15,043 bases of DNA from Candidatus Nanopusillus sp. (GTDB lineage Archaea; Nanobdellota; Nanobdellia; Nanobdellales; Nanobdellaceae): contig JAWDOO010000010.1 of assembly GCA_046533775.1 (NCBI GenBank), positions 1-15,043 on the forward strand, written 5' to 3'. The notes beneath the pieces are model-generated. The model ran no database searches. It saw nothing but the letters and a program-made list of their open reading frames with translations, and was not told the origin of the DNA. Positions 1 through 7,397 of this stretch are shown here, in pieces (within the stretch, counting starts at the first letter, position 1; the number at the start of each line of letters is the position of its first letter). A program made the position numbers and the translations under genes.

Positions 1-117
1 GATGGATGTCCAAGATGTATATACTCTCCAAAATGCGGTAATTATAATGAATATTTAGATAAGTATTCTGGTAGATTCATATATAAAATATTTTTAAATA
101 CCAAAATATCTAATTGA
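1..117 (+). CDS. 3' end of a gene that starts upstream of the window; the C-terminal tail is Cys-rich and may be a zinc ribbon
   Basis: Frame 1 is open from base 1 to a TGA at 115-117 and translates as DGCPRCIYSPKCGNYNEYLDKYSGRFIYKIFLNTKISN*. The CPRC...PKC spacing resembles half of a 4-Cys zinc ribbon. The next gene starts 5 nt later, which fits the tight packing seen elsewhere. No family could be assigned. Confidence 0.3.
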   Translation, partial: DGCPRCIYSPKCGNYNEYLDKYSGRFIYKIFLNTKISN

Positions 118-121
118 TTTT

Positions 122-334
122 ATGAAAGGTCAAACGATGACACATGGTAGCGCGTTTATGGTTGCATTGATAATAGCAGCAATATTATTGGTTGGATATT
201 CATATTTTGAGTATCATAATTATACTGGAGGTTTTAGTGATTTTATAACACTATTTCAACATTACTATATTCAGGTTGGCATAATTTTCCTCATAGGATT
301 TATATTTGGATATACTCAAGGTAAGGCTTATTAG
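122..334 (+). CDS. small hypothetical membrane protein with two predicted transmembrane helices
   Basis: 70-aa ORF with two hydrophobic stretches (AFMVALIIAAILLVGY and VGIIFLIGFIFGY). It fills the gap before PCNA. No recognisable motif. Confidence 0.45.
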   Translation: MKGQTMTHGSAFMVALIIAAILLVGYSYFEYHNYTGGFSDFITLFQHYYIQVGIIFLIGFIFGYTQGKAY

Positions 335-380
335 AGTATACTCTAAATATATATTTAAAATTTTTTTGAAATTATAATGA

Positions 381-1127
381 ATGAAGGTAACCTTTCCACA
401 AGCTAAAGAGATAAAAAATATATTACCTGCGATAGTAAGTTTTTTATCGGAAGGAACATTTAAAGCAAATAAGGATGGTATATTTTTATCATCATTAGAT
501 CCAGCAAATGTTGCTGTAATATTATTAGATATGTATCCAAACATGTTTACAGAATATGATGTACAGGATGAAGAAAAATTTACAATAAATTTAGAAGATT
601 TAAAGAAAATACTTACAAGAGTTGCATTAAAAAATCAAATGTCATGGGAAATAGATAAAGAAAAAAATAAATTTGTTTTAACTGTATATGGAAAAGCTAA
701 AAAAGTATTTACTTTACCATTAATAGAATCTGAAGGATCATTTATGGATTTACCAAGTTTAGAATTACCTGTAAAGGTTGAAATGGATTCAAAGGCGTTT
801 TATGATATAATAGAATCTGCAAAAGTAATTGCAGATGAAATAAAAATTGTTGCAGATCCTGATGGTCCAAAGGTATCATTTATTGCTGAAGGTGAATTAA
901 AAGATATGAGAATTGATCTAACTCCACAAGATGAAAGTGTATTATCTATGGAAGTTCCATCAAAGGCAATGGCAAGATATTCCATAGATTATTTATATAA
1001 ATTATCTAAGGTAGCAAGGATATCCGATACATTAACATTTAAATTAGACTCTGGAAAACCAATATGGATTGATTATAAGTCAACTGATAAATTTAAATTT
1101 GGATTTGTATTAGCACCAAGAGAGTAA
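381..1127 (+). CDS. pcn: DNA polymerase sliding clamp (PCNA)
   Basis: 248 aa. It shows the typical archaeal PCNA layout: an N-terminal 'F..ak..k.i..a...L..E..f.a..dGi.l...D...Va...l.l....F.eY' pattern and the characteristic C-terminal 'F.LAPR.E' ending (GFVLAPRE). The length is typical for the family. Confidence 0.95.
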   Translation: MKVTFPQAKEIKNILPAIVSFLSEGTFKANKDGIFLSSLDPANVAVILLDMYPNMFTEYDVQDEEKFTINLEDLKKILTRVALKNQMSWEIDKEKNKFVLTVYGKAKKVFTLPLIESEGSFMDLPSLELPVKVEMDSKAFYDIIESAKVIADEIKIVADPDGPKVSFIAEGELKDMRIDLTPQDESVLSMEVPSKAMARYSIDYLYKLSKVARISDTLTFKLDSGKPIWIDYKSTDKFKFGFVLAPRE

Positions 1128-1130
1128 TAC

Positions 1131-1137
1131 TTTTTTT
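1131..1137 (+). terminator. oligo-T tract directly after the PCNA stop codon; likely an archaeal termination signal
   Basis: A T7 run starts 4 nt after the TAA at 1125-1127. Archaeal RNA polymerase terminates at oligo-T tracts. Confidence 0.35.
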
Positions 1138-1141
1138 AAAT

Positions 1142-1173
1142 ATTTACCCCAATTTTAAATTTGTTGGGTAAAT
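1142..1173 (+). other. imperfect hairpin (10 bp, one bulged C, 11-nt loop) followed by a T5 run
   Basis: ATTTACCCCAA (1142-1152) pairs with TTGGGTAAAT (1164-1173), and TTTTT follows at 1180-1184. It lies in the longest non-coding stretch of the window. Function unknown; it could be a secondary terminator or a small RNA element. Confidence 0.3.
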
Positions 1174-1288
1174 GCTATATTTTTGATATATACCTATGGG
1201 ATACGTAATATTGTAAAATAAAAATGTGTGTGATTAGAATCTCAAAGTATTTTTATGATAAGATCTAGTTTTCATCAGTCAAAATATG

Positions 1289-1301
1289 AAAAATTTATAA
1301 G
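1289..1301 (+). promoter_or_regulatory. BRE/TATA-like promoter element for the histone gene
   Basis: GAAAAATTTATAAG lies about 25-30 nt upstream of the ATG at 1324. Nearly the same AAAAATTTATAA string sits at the same distance upstream of the 11059 gene. Confidence 0.45.
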
Positions 1302-1323
1302 GGAGTTTAATAATATATATTTT

Positions 1324-1566
1324 ATGGCAAGAGGAGAGAGAGGAATTCCAATGGCTGTAGTTGAGAGGATCTTAAAGCAAAAGGGTGAACAGGCAGGAGT
1401 AACAAGAGTATCAGATAAAGCAATTAGATACCTAAAACAAGAATTAGAAGATATAGCATTAGAAATTGCAAAGGAAGCGGTTTCATTGGCAAATCATGGA
1501 AAAAGAACAACTGTAAAGAGGGAAGATATACAATTAGCAACAAAACAAATATTTAAGAAGATGTAA
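1324..1566 (+). CDS. archaeal histone (histone-fold DNA-binding protein)
   Basis: [19 protein letters not shown]...[45 protein letters not shown] matches the archaeal HMf-type histone fold, including the 'GRKTVK.EDI.LA' signature. The start is placed at the internal ATG at 1324 and not at the ORF-track ATG at 1255, because the TATA-like element lies inside the longer ORF and the extra 23 aa have no histone counterpart. Confidence 0.9.
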   Translation: MARGERGIPMAVVERILKQKGEQAGVTRVSDKAIRYLKQELEDIALEIAKEAVSLANHGKRTTVKREDIQLATKQIFKKM

Positions 1567-1632
1567 AGGCTCTATAATAATTTTATTTTTCTTTCTTCTA
1601 TATTTTTAAATATAACTTTGTTATAGTATTTT

Positions 1633-2244
1633 ATGGAGACAATGAGTTTAGCTTCTCTAGAAGAAGAAATATACCTAAGAGGGTTAACAGGATACATTGC
1701 AGCAAAGAGAATATTTGATGGATATAAGAATGTAGCAATAATAACATATCCAGATAGAATATGTTCTTCTCTATCATCTTCTTTAGTATCATCTTTAATA
1801 TTAAAACAAGGATATAAAGATAAAATAGCAAGAATATATTTATATGATGAGAATAAGTTGAATGATATAGCAAAAGATATTGTAAAAAATAATTTTGACG
1901 CTGTATTTATTGTATATGGTGGTGAACAAAAGGTATCATATGTATCCGAAATAACAAGAAAAACAATATTGGCATTAAAGAATGCAGGATATAAAAATTC
2001 ATTGTTAATCCATGTAAGAGTTTGGATTGCAACAAAACAATTATCAGAAATATTGAATGATGAAATAAGAGAATATCTAAAATCTTTAAAGGAAATAAGA
2101 GTGTTTACAGCAGATTTACAAAATAAATTATTCTTATTCCATAAAGTAAAGATGGATAATGGAGTAAAGTTAGAAAAATATGCAGAAGAAAAACTTACAG
2201 ATGAGCATGTAGAATTATTAAAGAGATCTGTTCCTCCCAAATAG
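1633..2244 (+). CDS. hypothetical protein with no recognisable family
   Basis: 203-aa ORF with K/E/I-rich composition like the neighbouring genes. Alternating hydrophobic beta-like segments (VAIITYPD, AVFIVYGGEQ, LLIHVRVW) suggest an alpha/beta fold. It is preferred over the antisense 222-aa ORF, which is low-complexity and rich in S, F and N. Confidence 0.6.
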   Translation: METMSLASLEEEIYLRGLTGYIAAKRIFDGYKNVAIITYPDRICSSLSSSLVSSLILKQGYKDKIARIYLYDENKLNDIAKDIVKNNFDAVFIVYGGEQKVSYVSEITRKTILALKNAGYKNSLLIHVRVWIATKQLSEILNDEIREYLKSLKEIRVFTADLQNKLFLFHKVKMDNGVKLEKYAEEKLTDEHVELLKRSVPPK

Positions 2245-2283
2245 TTTTTAACATTTATAAATTATAATGCATTTTTTAAATTA

Positions 2284-2949
2284 ATGGAATATAGAATTGA
2301 AGGTAATAGTATACAACATATTATGATTAATTTAAATCCAGGAGAGTCTATATATGTTAATCCAGGACATTTGATATGGAAGTCTTCTACAGTAAATGTA
2401 AATGCAACTGTTCAAGGAGGAATATTTTCTGGTATTGGTAGAATGCTTACCGGTTCTTCTTTCTTTGTTTTGAAATTAACAGGCCCTGGAATGATAGATT
2501 TAACTGGATATGTGCCTGGCAAGGTTGTTGAAATAGATTTAAATAATTTTGAAGTATTTGTTGAATATAGAGGATTTTTAGCTGCAGAATATAGTGTAAA
2601 ATATGAATCAACTTTAACAAGATTGGGATTTGGAATACTTGCAGGAGAAGGATTATTAATGGCAAAATTTTCGGGAATTGGTAAATTATTTTTACATGCG
2701 CCTGGAGATATTTTACAATTAAATTTAAATGCAGGACAATCTATAGATGTAGAGGCAGGTCATGTTTTAGCTTATACTGCTGGTACTAATGTATCATTTA
2801 AAAGAGTAGGAGGGATTAAATCAATGTTTTTAGGTGGTGAAGGATTATTCTTTGCACATATAGAGGGACCTGGTGTTGTATGGATAAGAACTTTGAGTAG
2901 ATTACAATTAGTAGAAGGATTAATGCCTGAATTATCTCAATATAGATAA
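2284..2949 (+). CDS. AIM24 / TIGR00266 (DUF124) family protein
   Basis: 221 aa. The pattern 'L.pGE.i....G.l.w.....v......gG....i.R.l.G.s.f' is followed by repeated Gly-rich beta segments and 'GEGLF.a...GpG.vw...l'. This is characteristic of the AIM24/TIGR00266 family as I remember it. Confidence 0.75.
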   Translation: MEYRIEGNSIQHIMINLNPGESIYVNPGHLIWKSSTVNVNATVQGGIFSGIGRMLTGSSFFVLKLTGPGMIDLTGYVPGKVVEIDLNNFEVFVEYRGFLAAEYSVKYESTLTRLGFGILAGEGLLMAKFSGIGKLFLHAPGDILQLNLNAGQSIDVEAGHVLAYTAGTNVSFKRVGGIKSMFLGGEGLFFAHIEGPGVVWIRTLSRLQLVEGLMPELSQYR

Positions 2950-3576
2950 AGATTTATAATATTTACAATATTTATTTATTTTGCATATATTGCATTTTGG
3001 ATTAATTGGTTTACATATATTTCTTCCAAATAAAACAAATAGAAAATTAATTTTATTGTAATATTCTTTAGGTATAATTTTATATAATTCCATTTCAGTT
3101 TCTTCAGGATTTTTTGTTTTTACAATTCCAATTCTGTTTGATATTCTATGAACATGAGTATCTACTGCAATATAATTTTTATTACATACAATTATTAAAT
3201 ATACATTTGCAATCTTTCTTCCAACTCCTGGTAGAGATCTTATATATTCTTCATCGCAATATTTATTGTAATCCCATTTTTCAGCAATTTCTTTAATCCA
3301 TTTTGCTTTATTATTATATAATCCAATATCCTTTATTGTATTTTTTATTTCTTCTAAAGATGCATTTCTAATATCTTCGAGTTTATTATATTTATTAAAT
3401 AATCTTTCAGAAACTTCCAATGTTTTTTCTTCCCTTAATCTTATAGATAATAGTATTGTTATTAATACTTTAAATGGGTCTTTATATTTTTCCCAAATAT
3501 ATGGGGATGCAAGTTTTTCGTTTATATTATTTTCTCTTAATGTTTCTTCAATTCCTTTAATTATTTCTTTTATCAT
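2932..3576 (-). CDS. nth: endonuclease III (Nth, HhH-GPD DNA glycosylase/AP lyase with a 4Fe-4S cluster)
   Basis: It has the helix-hairpin-helix motif LPGVGRKIANVYL, then VDTHVHRISNRIG, and a C-terminal Cys ligand set C-x6-C-x2-C-x5-C (CKPINPKCNICKINKYC). Confidence 0.92.
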   Translation of the reverse strand: MIKEIIKGIEETLRENNINEKLASPYIWEKYKDPFKVLITILLSIRLREEKTLEVSERLFNKYNKLEDIRNASLEEIKNTIKDIGLYNNKAKWIKEIAEKWDYNKYCDEEYIRSLPGVGRKIANVYLIIVCNKNYIAVDTHVHRISNRIGIVKTKNPEETEMELYKIIPKEYYNKINFLFVLFGRNICKPINPKCNICKINKYCKYYKSLSILR

Positions 3577-4792
3577 AATCTTCAGGATAAATTATAACCT
3601 TTTTACCTTTTTCAAATAAATCATATATATATTTACTATTTTCTTCAATAAAATCTCTATCTATACTTGATAATATATTATATACATTATTGAAATATTG
3701 ATCATAATCCATATTTAATATTTTTATCAAATAAGGATCTGTTTCTATTCTTTTTAATATATTTTCCTTTTTAAGATTATAATTAAATTTATATATATTT
3801 GATCTTGCTTTTTTATATTTATCATCTATATTTTTTAAATTATCTAAAAATTCTTCAATAGCATTATCCAATATTTTCTCTTTATCAATTTGAAATCCAG
3901 GTATTATTAATGAATATATAATTTCATCATCATAGAAGTTTGATAAAGAAAGTGAGGGAGAATATCCTATACCATATTTATTTCTAAATATTTCAAATAT
4001 TTTTGAAGATGCTCCTATGTTATAAAATTCTGTTAATGCATCAATTAACATTATATTTTTAATATTGCTATTAATATTAATACTATAATATATCTGTTGT
4101 ATATTTTTCATTTTTATTATTATATCATTTCCTTCTCCCTTACTTGGATTTTTTAATTTTATATCACTTCCTTCTAATTTAGAAAAATATTTCTTAACAA
4201 TTTCAACATCTTTATCATTTATATTTCCTTCTAAAAATATTGAAATATTTTTGGGAGAATAATATTTATATTTAAATTCTTCTAATGTATCCTTTGTTAT
4301 ATTATTAATTGTTTCAATATAACCCCCTATGGGATCTCCATAATCAGAATCACCATAAACAGATTTTGATAAATTATCATTCAAACTTATTGTTGGATCA
4401 TCTTCTCTCATCATTATTTCTGTTTTTACAACATTTTTCTCATTTTCAAATTCATTACTATCATATTTATCATTTTCAAACATCCAATAAAATAAATCTA
4501 AAATATTTTCAAATCCCTCCTTCATTACTGCAGCAAAATATAAAGTATAATTATAATAAGTCATTGCATTATGAATAGATCCACTTTCTTCAAATAATAA
4601 ATGTATTTGATTTTTATTATATTTTTTATTAGATTGAAACATCATATGTTCCAATAAATGAGAAATTCCCCTAAATTCTTTATCCTCAAATATTGATCCA
4701 ATATTTATCAATATTCCTATTGCAATATTCTCATTTCTAAATGGTATTTTATATAATTTTATTCCATTATCCAAGATTTCATAATCTACCAT
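3557..4792 (-). CDS. M16 family (insulinase/pitrilysin-like) zinc peptidase
   Basis: It carries the inverted zinc-binding motif HxxEH (GISHLLEHMMF) near the N-terminus, followed by 'G...NA.T....T.Y' and the downstream conserved Glu region (VVKTEIMMRED). Its stop end overlaps the nth start by 20 nt on the same strand. Confidence 0.88.
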   Translation of the reverse strand: MVDYEILDNGIKLYKIPFRNENIAIGILINIGSIFEDKEFRGISHLLEHMMFQSNKKYNKNQIHLLFEESGSIHNAMTYYNYTLYFAAVMKEGFENILDLFYWMFENDKYDSNEFENEKNVVKTEIMMREDDPTISLNDNLSKSVYGDSDYGDPIGGYIETINNITKDTLEEFKYKYYSPKNISIFLEGNINDKDVEIVKKYFSKLEGSDIKLKNPSKGEGNDIIIKMKNIQQIYYSININSNIKNIMLIDALTEFYNIGASSKIFEIFRNKYGIGYSPSLSLSNFYDDEIIYSLIIPGFQIDKEKILDNAIEEFLDNLKNIDDKYKKARSNIYKFNYNLKKENILKRIETDPYLIKILNMDYDQYFNNVYNILSSIDRDFIEENSKYIYDLFEKGKKVIIYPEDYDKRNN

Positions 4793-4880
4793 TACTATAA
4801 TTTATTTTATTATGTTTATGTATTTTGAATAAAATATTCAATAGTAATATATATAAGTAATTCAAATTAATAATAATTTT

Positions 4881-5282
4881 ATGCCAGAGATACAAGTTAA
4901 GAAGGTTATTGATTTAAAGAAAGGTTCATATATATGGTATAATAATGAAGTATGGGAAGTATTAGAAATGGAAACTGCAAAGACAGGAAAACATGGTTCT
5001 GCAAAAGCTAGAATTTTAATTAGATCTTTAGTATCTGGGAAGACTACTGAGTTAGTAAAGCCAACACAGGATCCGATAGAGGTTCCTGTAATAAATAAAA
5101 TAAAGGGACAGGTTATTGCAAAAATATCAGATGATAAATATACAATAATGGATTTAGATACATATGAAACATTTGATGCGAAGGTATTAGATGAAAATTT
5201 AAAGGGTAAAATACAAGAAGGACAAAAAGTATTAGTTTGGGATGTTGGGGAAAAAATAATTGTACAAGCATTTAGAGAATAA
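4881..5282 (+). CDS. eif5a: translation initiation factor 5A (aIF5A)
   Basis: 133 aa containing the hypusination loop TAKTGKHGSAKARI and a C-terminal OB-fold-like half. The length is typical for aIF5A. Confidence 0.95.
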   Translation: MPEIQVKKVIDLKKGSYIWYNNEVWEVLEMETAKTGKHGSAKARILIRSLVSGKTTELVKPTQDPIEVPVINKIKGQVIAKISDDKYTIMDLDTYETFDAKVLDENLKGKIQEGQKVLVWDVGEKIIVQAFRE

Positions 5283-5665
5283 TGGACTTATACGATATTA
5301 TAGATAAATTATATAAAATAAAAGAGAAAAGTATAAATGCGTTTTATGATTATAAAAGTAAAAAATTAAAATTATCAGAATTTATTGAAGAAATCACTCC
5401 AGAAAGCTGGAGAAAATATATAAAGAACTTTTTGAATTATTCATTTCCAAAGACAAGAGAAAATCTTTATAGATCATATTTAGTAAATACAGGAATATTT
5501 TTATATTTAATAGGATTATACGGGTTATTAAATGATAGTAATTATAATTTAGATAATTTATTATATAGTAGTTTAGGATATTCTTATTCAATGATTTTTC
5601 CTACACTTTATTATAAAATAGATAAATTTAGAGAAATCATTAATAGAATTATTCCATATATTTAA
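5282..5665 (+). CDS. hypothetical protein, possibly membrane-associated
   Basis: 127-aa ORF whose ATG overlaps the aIF5A stop (TAATG). It has one hydrophobic segment (NTGIFLYLIGLYGLL). No recognisable motif. Confidence 0.45.
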   Translation: MDLYDIIDKLYKIKEKSINAFYDYKSKKLKLSEFIEEITPESWRKYIKNFLNYSFPKTRENLYRSYLVNTGIFLYLIGLYGLLNDSNYNLDNLLYSSLGYSYSMIFPTLYYKIDKFREIINRIIPYI

Positions 5666-6542
5666 TTTTTTTACTAATCATATCTGCTAATCTTATTGGT
5701 TCTGGATATTTTCCACTTATCCAATATTTTTCAGATAATTCTTTTGTTTTTTCTAAAGATATTAAATTTCCTGGTGAAGAATATATTATTTTTCCGAATT
5801 TTTCTATTTTATATCCTCTTACTTCATTATTTATTATAATTTTATTATCAATAATATCTCCAGATAATAATTTTTTTGTTATTCCAATAGTAGGTATATT
5901 TAATTTTACCCCAACATATGATGCCAAACCTAATTTAAATGGATGAGAGATTCCATGCCCATTTACAAATAATATATCTATTTTTTCTTTTATTTTATTA
6001 AATGTTTTTATAATTGGTTCTCCTTCTCTAAAAGCTAAAAAGGATGGTATATATGGAAATTCAACTTTTTCTTTAAATATATACTTATTTATTAATTCTA
6101 AATTTTTATCTAATATTACATATACTATATAACCTATATCATCTTTATAACTTAAATCAACACCTCCAATTAAATTTATATCATTTATATTATCTTCTAA
6201 AATAATTTTTTTAGCCAATTCTTCTTGAATTTTCCTATATTTTTTTAATATTTTTTCTTTTACATTAAAATTATTAAATAAATATTTTTCCAAATTTACT
6301 ATTTTATTATTTATAATTTCTACCCCTTCTTTTTTTAATAATTCTTCTTGTATTTTATTATTTATTACTCCATCAGAATTTACAACCCTCCACCATGGTC
6401 CTTCTATTTTTTTATAATAATTTATAATAAATTTTATTGAATATATATCTCCCAAATATTCTGATAATATTTTGAATGTTGTTACCTTACCATATGGTAT
6501 ACTATTAATTAATTTACTCAATTCTTCTATAATTTCATTCAT
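5649..6542 (-). CDS. nfi: fusion protein: N-terminal alkyltransferase-like (ATL, MGMT-fold without the acceptor Cys) domain and C-terminal endonuclease V domain
   Basis: Residues ~1-78: IPYGKVTTF...GPWWRVVNSDG...LLKKEGVEI matches the MGMT DNA-binding domain, but the PCHRV active site reads PWWRV. Residues ~120-297: GGVDLSY, YIPSFLAFREGE, LFVNGHGISHPFKLGLASYVG, PTIGITKK and PEPIRLAD follow the endonuclease V motifs one by one (compare E. coli [20 protein letters not shown]). Confidence 0.88.
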   Translation of the reverse strand: MNEIIEELSKLINSIPYGKVTTFKILSEYLGDIYSIKFIINYYKKIEGPWWRVVNSDGVINNKIQEELLKKEGVEIINNKIVNLEKYLFNNFNVKEKILKKYRKIQEELAKKIILEDNINDINLIGGVDLSYKDDIGYIVYVILDKNLELINKYIFKEKVEFPYIPSFLAFREGEPIIKTFNKIKEKIDILFVNGHGISHPFKLGLASYVGVKLNIPTIGITKKLLSGDIIDNKIIINNEVRGYKIEKFGKIIYSSPGNLISLEKTKELSEKYWISGKYPEPIRLADMISKKIKYME

Positions 6543-6582
6543 AATATATAATTTAAAAAATTATTTATAACAAATATACAAA

Positions 6583-6840
6583 ATGGAAGATTGGATAAAA
6601 GAAAGTTTGTTAGGATTAATATTATTAATAGTAGGTGGATTTTTAATATATTATTGGTTAGCAGAAACTATATTAGTAATAAAGGGATTGATAGGATTAA
6701 TAATATTAATATTGGGTGTATTAATATTATGGATTGGATATGAAGATATAAAATTAAATAAAGAATTAAAAGAGGTACAAAAAGAATTTAGCGAAGAAAA
6801 TAAACAAGAGCAAAAACAAGATAATCAAAATAAACAATGA
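6583..6840 (+). CDS. small hypothetical membrane protein (two TM helices plus a charged K/E/Q tail)
   Basis: 85 aa with hydrophobic segments LLGLILLIVGGFLIYYWL and GLIGLIILILGVLILWIG, followed by KELKEVQKEFSEENKQEQKQDNQNKQ. Its stop overlaps the eL15 start (ATGA). Confidence 0.5.
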   Translation: MEDWIKESLLGLILLIVGGFLIYYWLAETILVIKGLIGLIILILGVLILWIGYEDIKLNKELKEVQKEFSEENKQEQKQDNQNKQ

Positions 6841-7358
6841 AGTCTGCATATAATTATATTTTTGAAACATGGAAAAATAGACTTAAAGATGAAAATTTAA
6901 AGAAAATAATTAAAGAAAGATTAATTAAATGGAGAAGGGAACCAGAAATTATTAGAATAGAAAGACCAACAAGATTGGATAAAGCTAGAAAATTGGGATG
7001 GAAACCAATAAATGGAATTGTACTTGTTAGAATAAGGGTAAAGAAAGGATGGAGAAAAAGAAAAGATATGCCAAGACATGTTAAACCAAAAAATTATTAT
7101 TATTATAGATCATTAAATATAAGTTTAAGATCAATTGCAGAACAAAGAGTACAAAGGAAATATTCAAATTTAGAAATAATAAATTCATATTATGTAGGAG
7201 AAGATGGTAAATATAAATGGTATGAAGTTATATTAGCAGATCCAAACAATCCAAATATATATAATAGAGAAGAATATTCATGGTTGCTTAATAGTAAAAA
7301 CAGAAAAAGAGCTTTAAGAGGTCTAACTCCTGGATTTAGGTCTTTTAGAGAGATATAA
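6837..7358 (+). CDS. rpl15e: 50S ribosomal protein L15e (eL15)
   Basis: It opens with MKSAYNYI...W (Y.yi.e.w pattern), then R.ERPTRLDKARKLGWK...GIVLVRIRVKKG.RKR and a basic C-terminal half. This is the classic eL15 pattern. Confidence 0.95.
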   Translation: MKSAYNYIFETWKNRLKDENLKKIIKERLIKWRREPEIIRIERPTRLDKARKLGWKPINGIVLVRIRVKKGWRKRKDMPRHVKPKNYYYYRSLNISLRSIAEQRVQRKYSNLEIINSYYVGEDGKYKWYEVILADPNNPNIYNREEYSWLLNSKNRKRALRGLTPGFRSFREI

Positions 7359-7397
7359 CATAGTTATATTTATAAGTGTTTGTAATATATTTTTTAA

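Noticed and set aside
251-544. 97-aa minus-strand ORF overlapping the small membrane ORF and the PCNA start
   Set aside because: It lies antisense to a confidently identified PCNA gene. It has no motif and a junk-like composition, so it is a shadow ORF.
1255-1323. N-terminal 23-aa extension of the histone ORF (ATG at 1255)
   Set aside because: The promoter-like GAAAAATTTATAAG lies inside this extension at the usual distance from the ATG at 1324. The extension has no counterpart in archaeal histones.
1572-2240. 222-aa minus-strand ORF covering the same interval as the 203-aa plus-strand ORF, together with the nested 80-aa ORF at 1631-1873
   Set aside because: The translation is low-complexity (S/F/N/I-rich) with no motif, and it would run head-on into the histone gene's 3' end. 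The plus-strand product has composition like its neighbours and a TATA-like element upstream. The open antisense frame is most simply a shadow of A-ending codon usage. Strand choice is still listed as something to verify.
4825-4841. Palindrome TTGAATA-AAA-TATTCAA in the divergent M16 peptidase / aIF5A intergenic region
   Set aside because: 7-bp A/T-rich arms are expected by chance in DNA of this composition. There is no second copy elsewhere in the window and no adjacent regulator gene.
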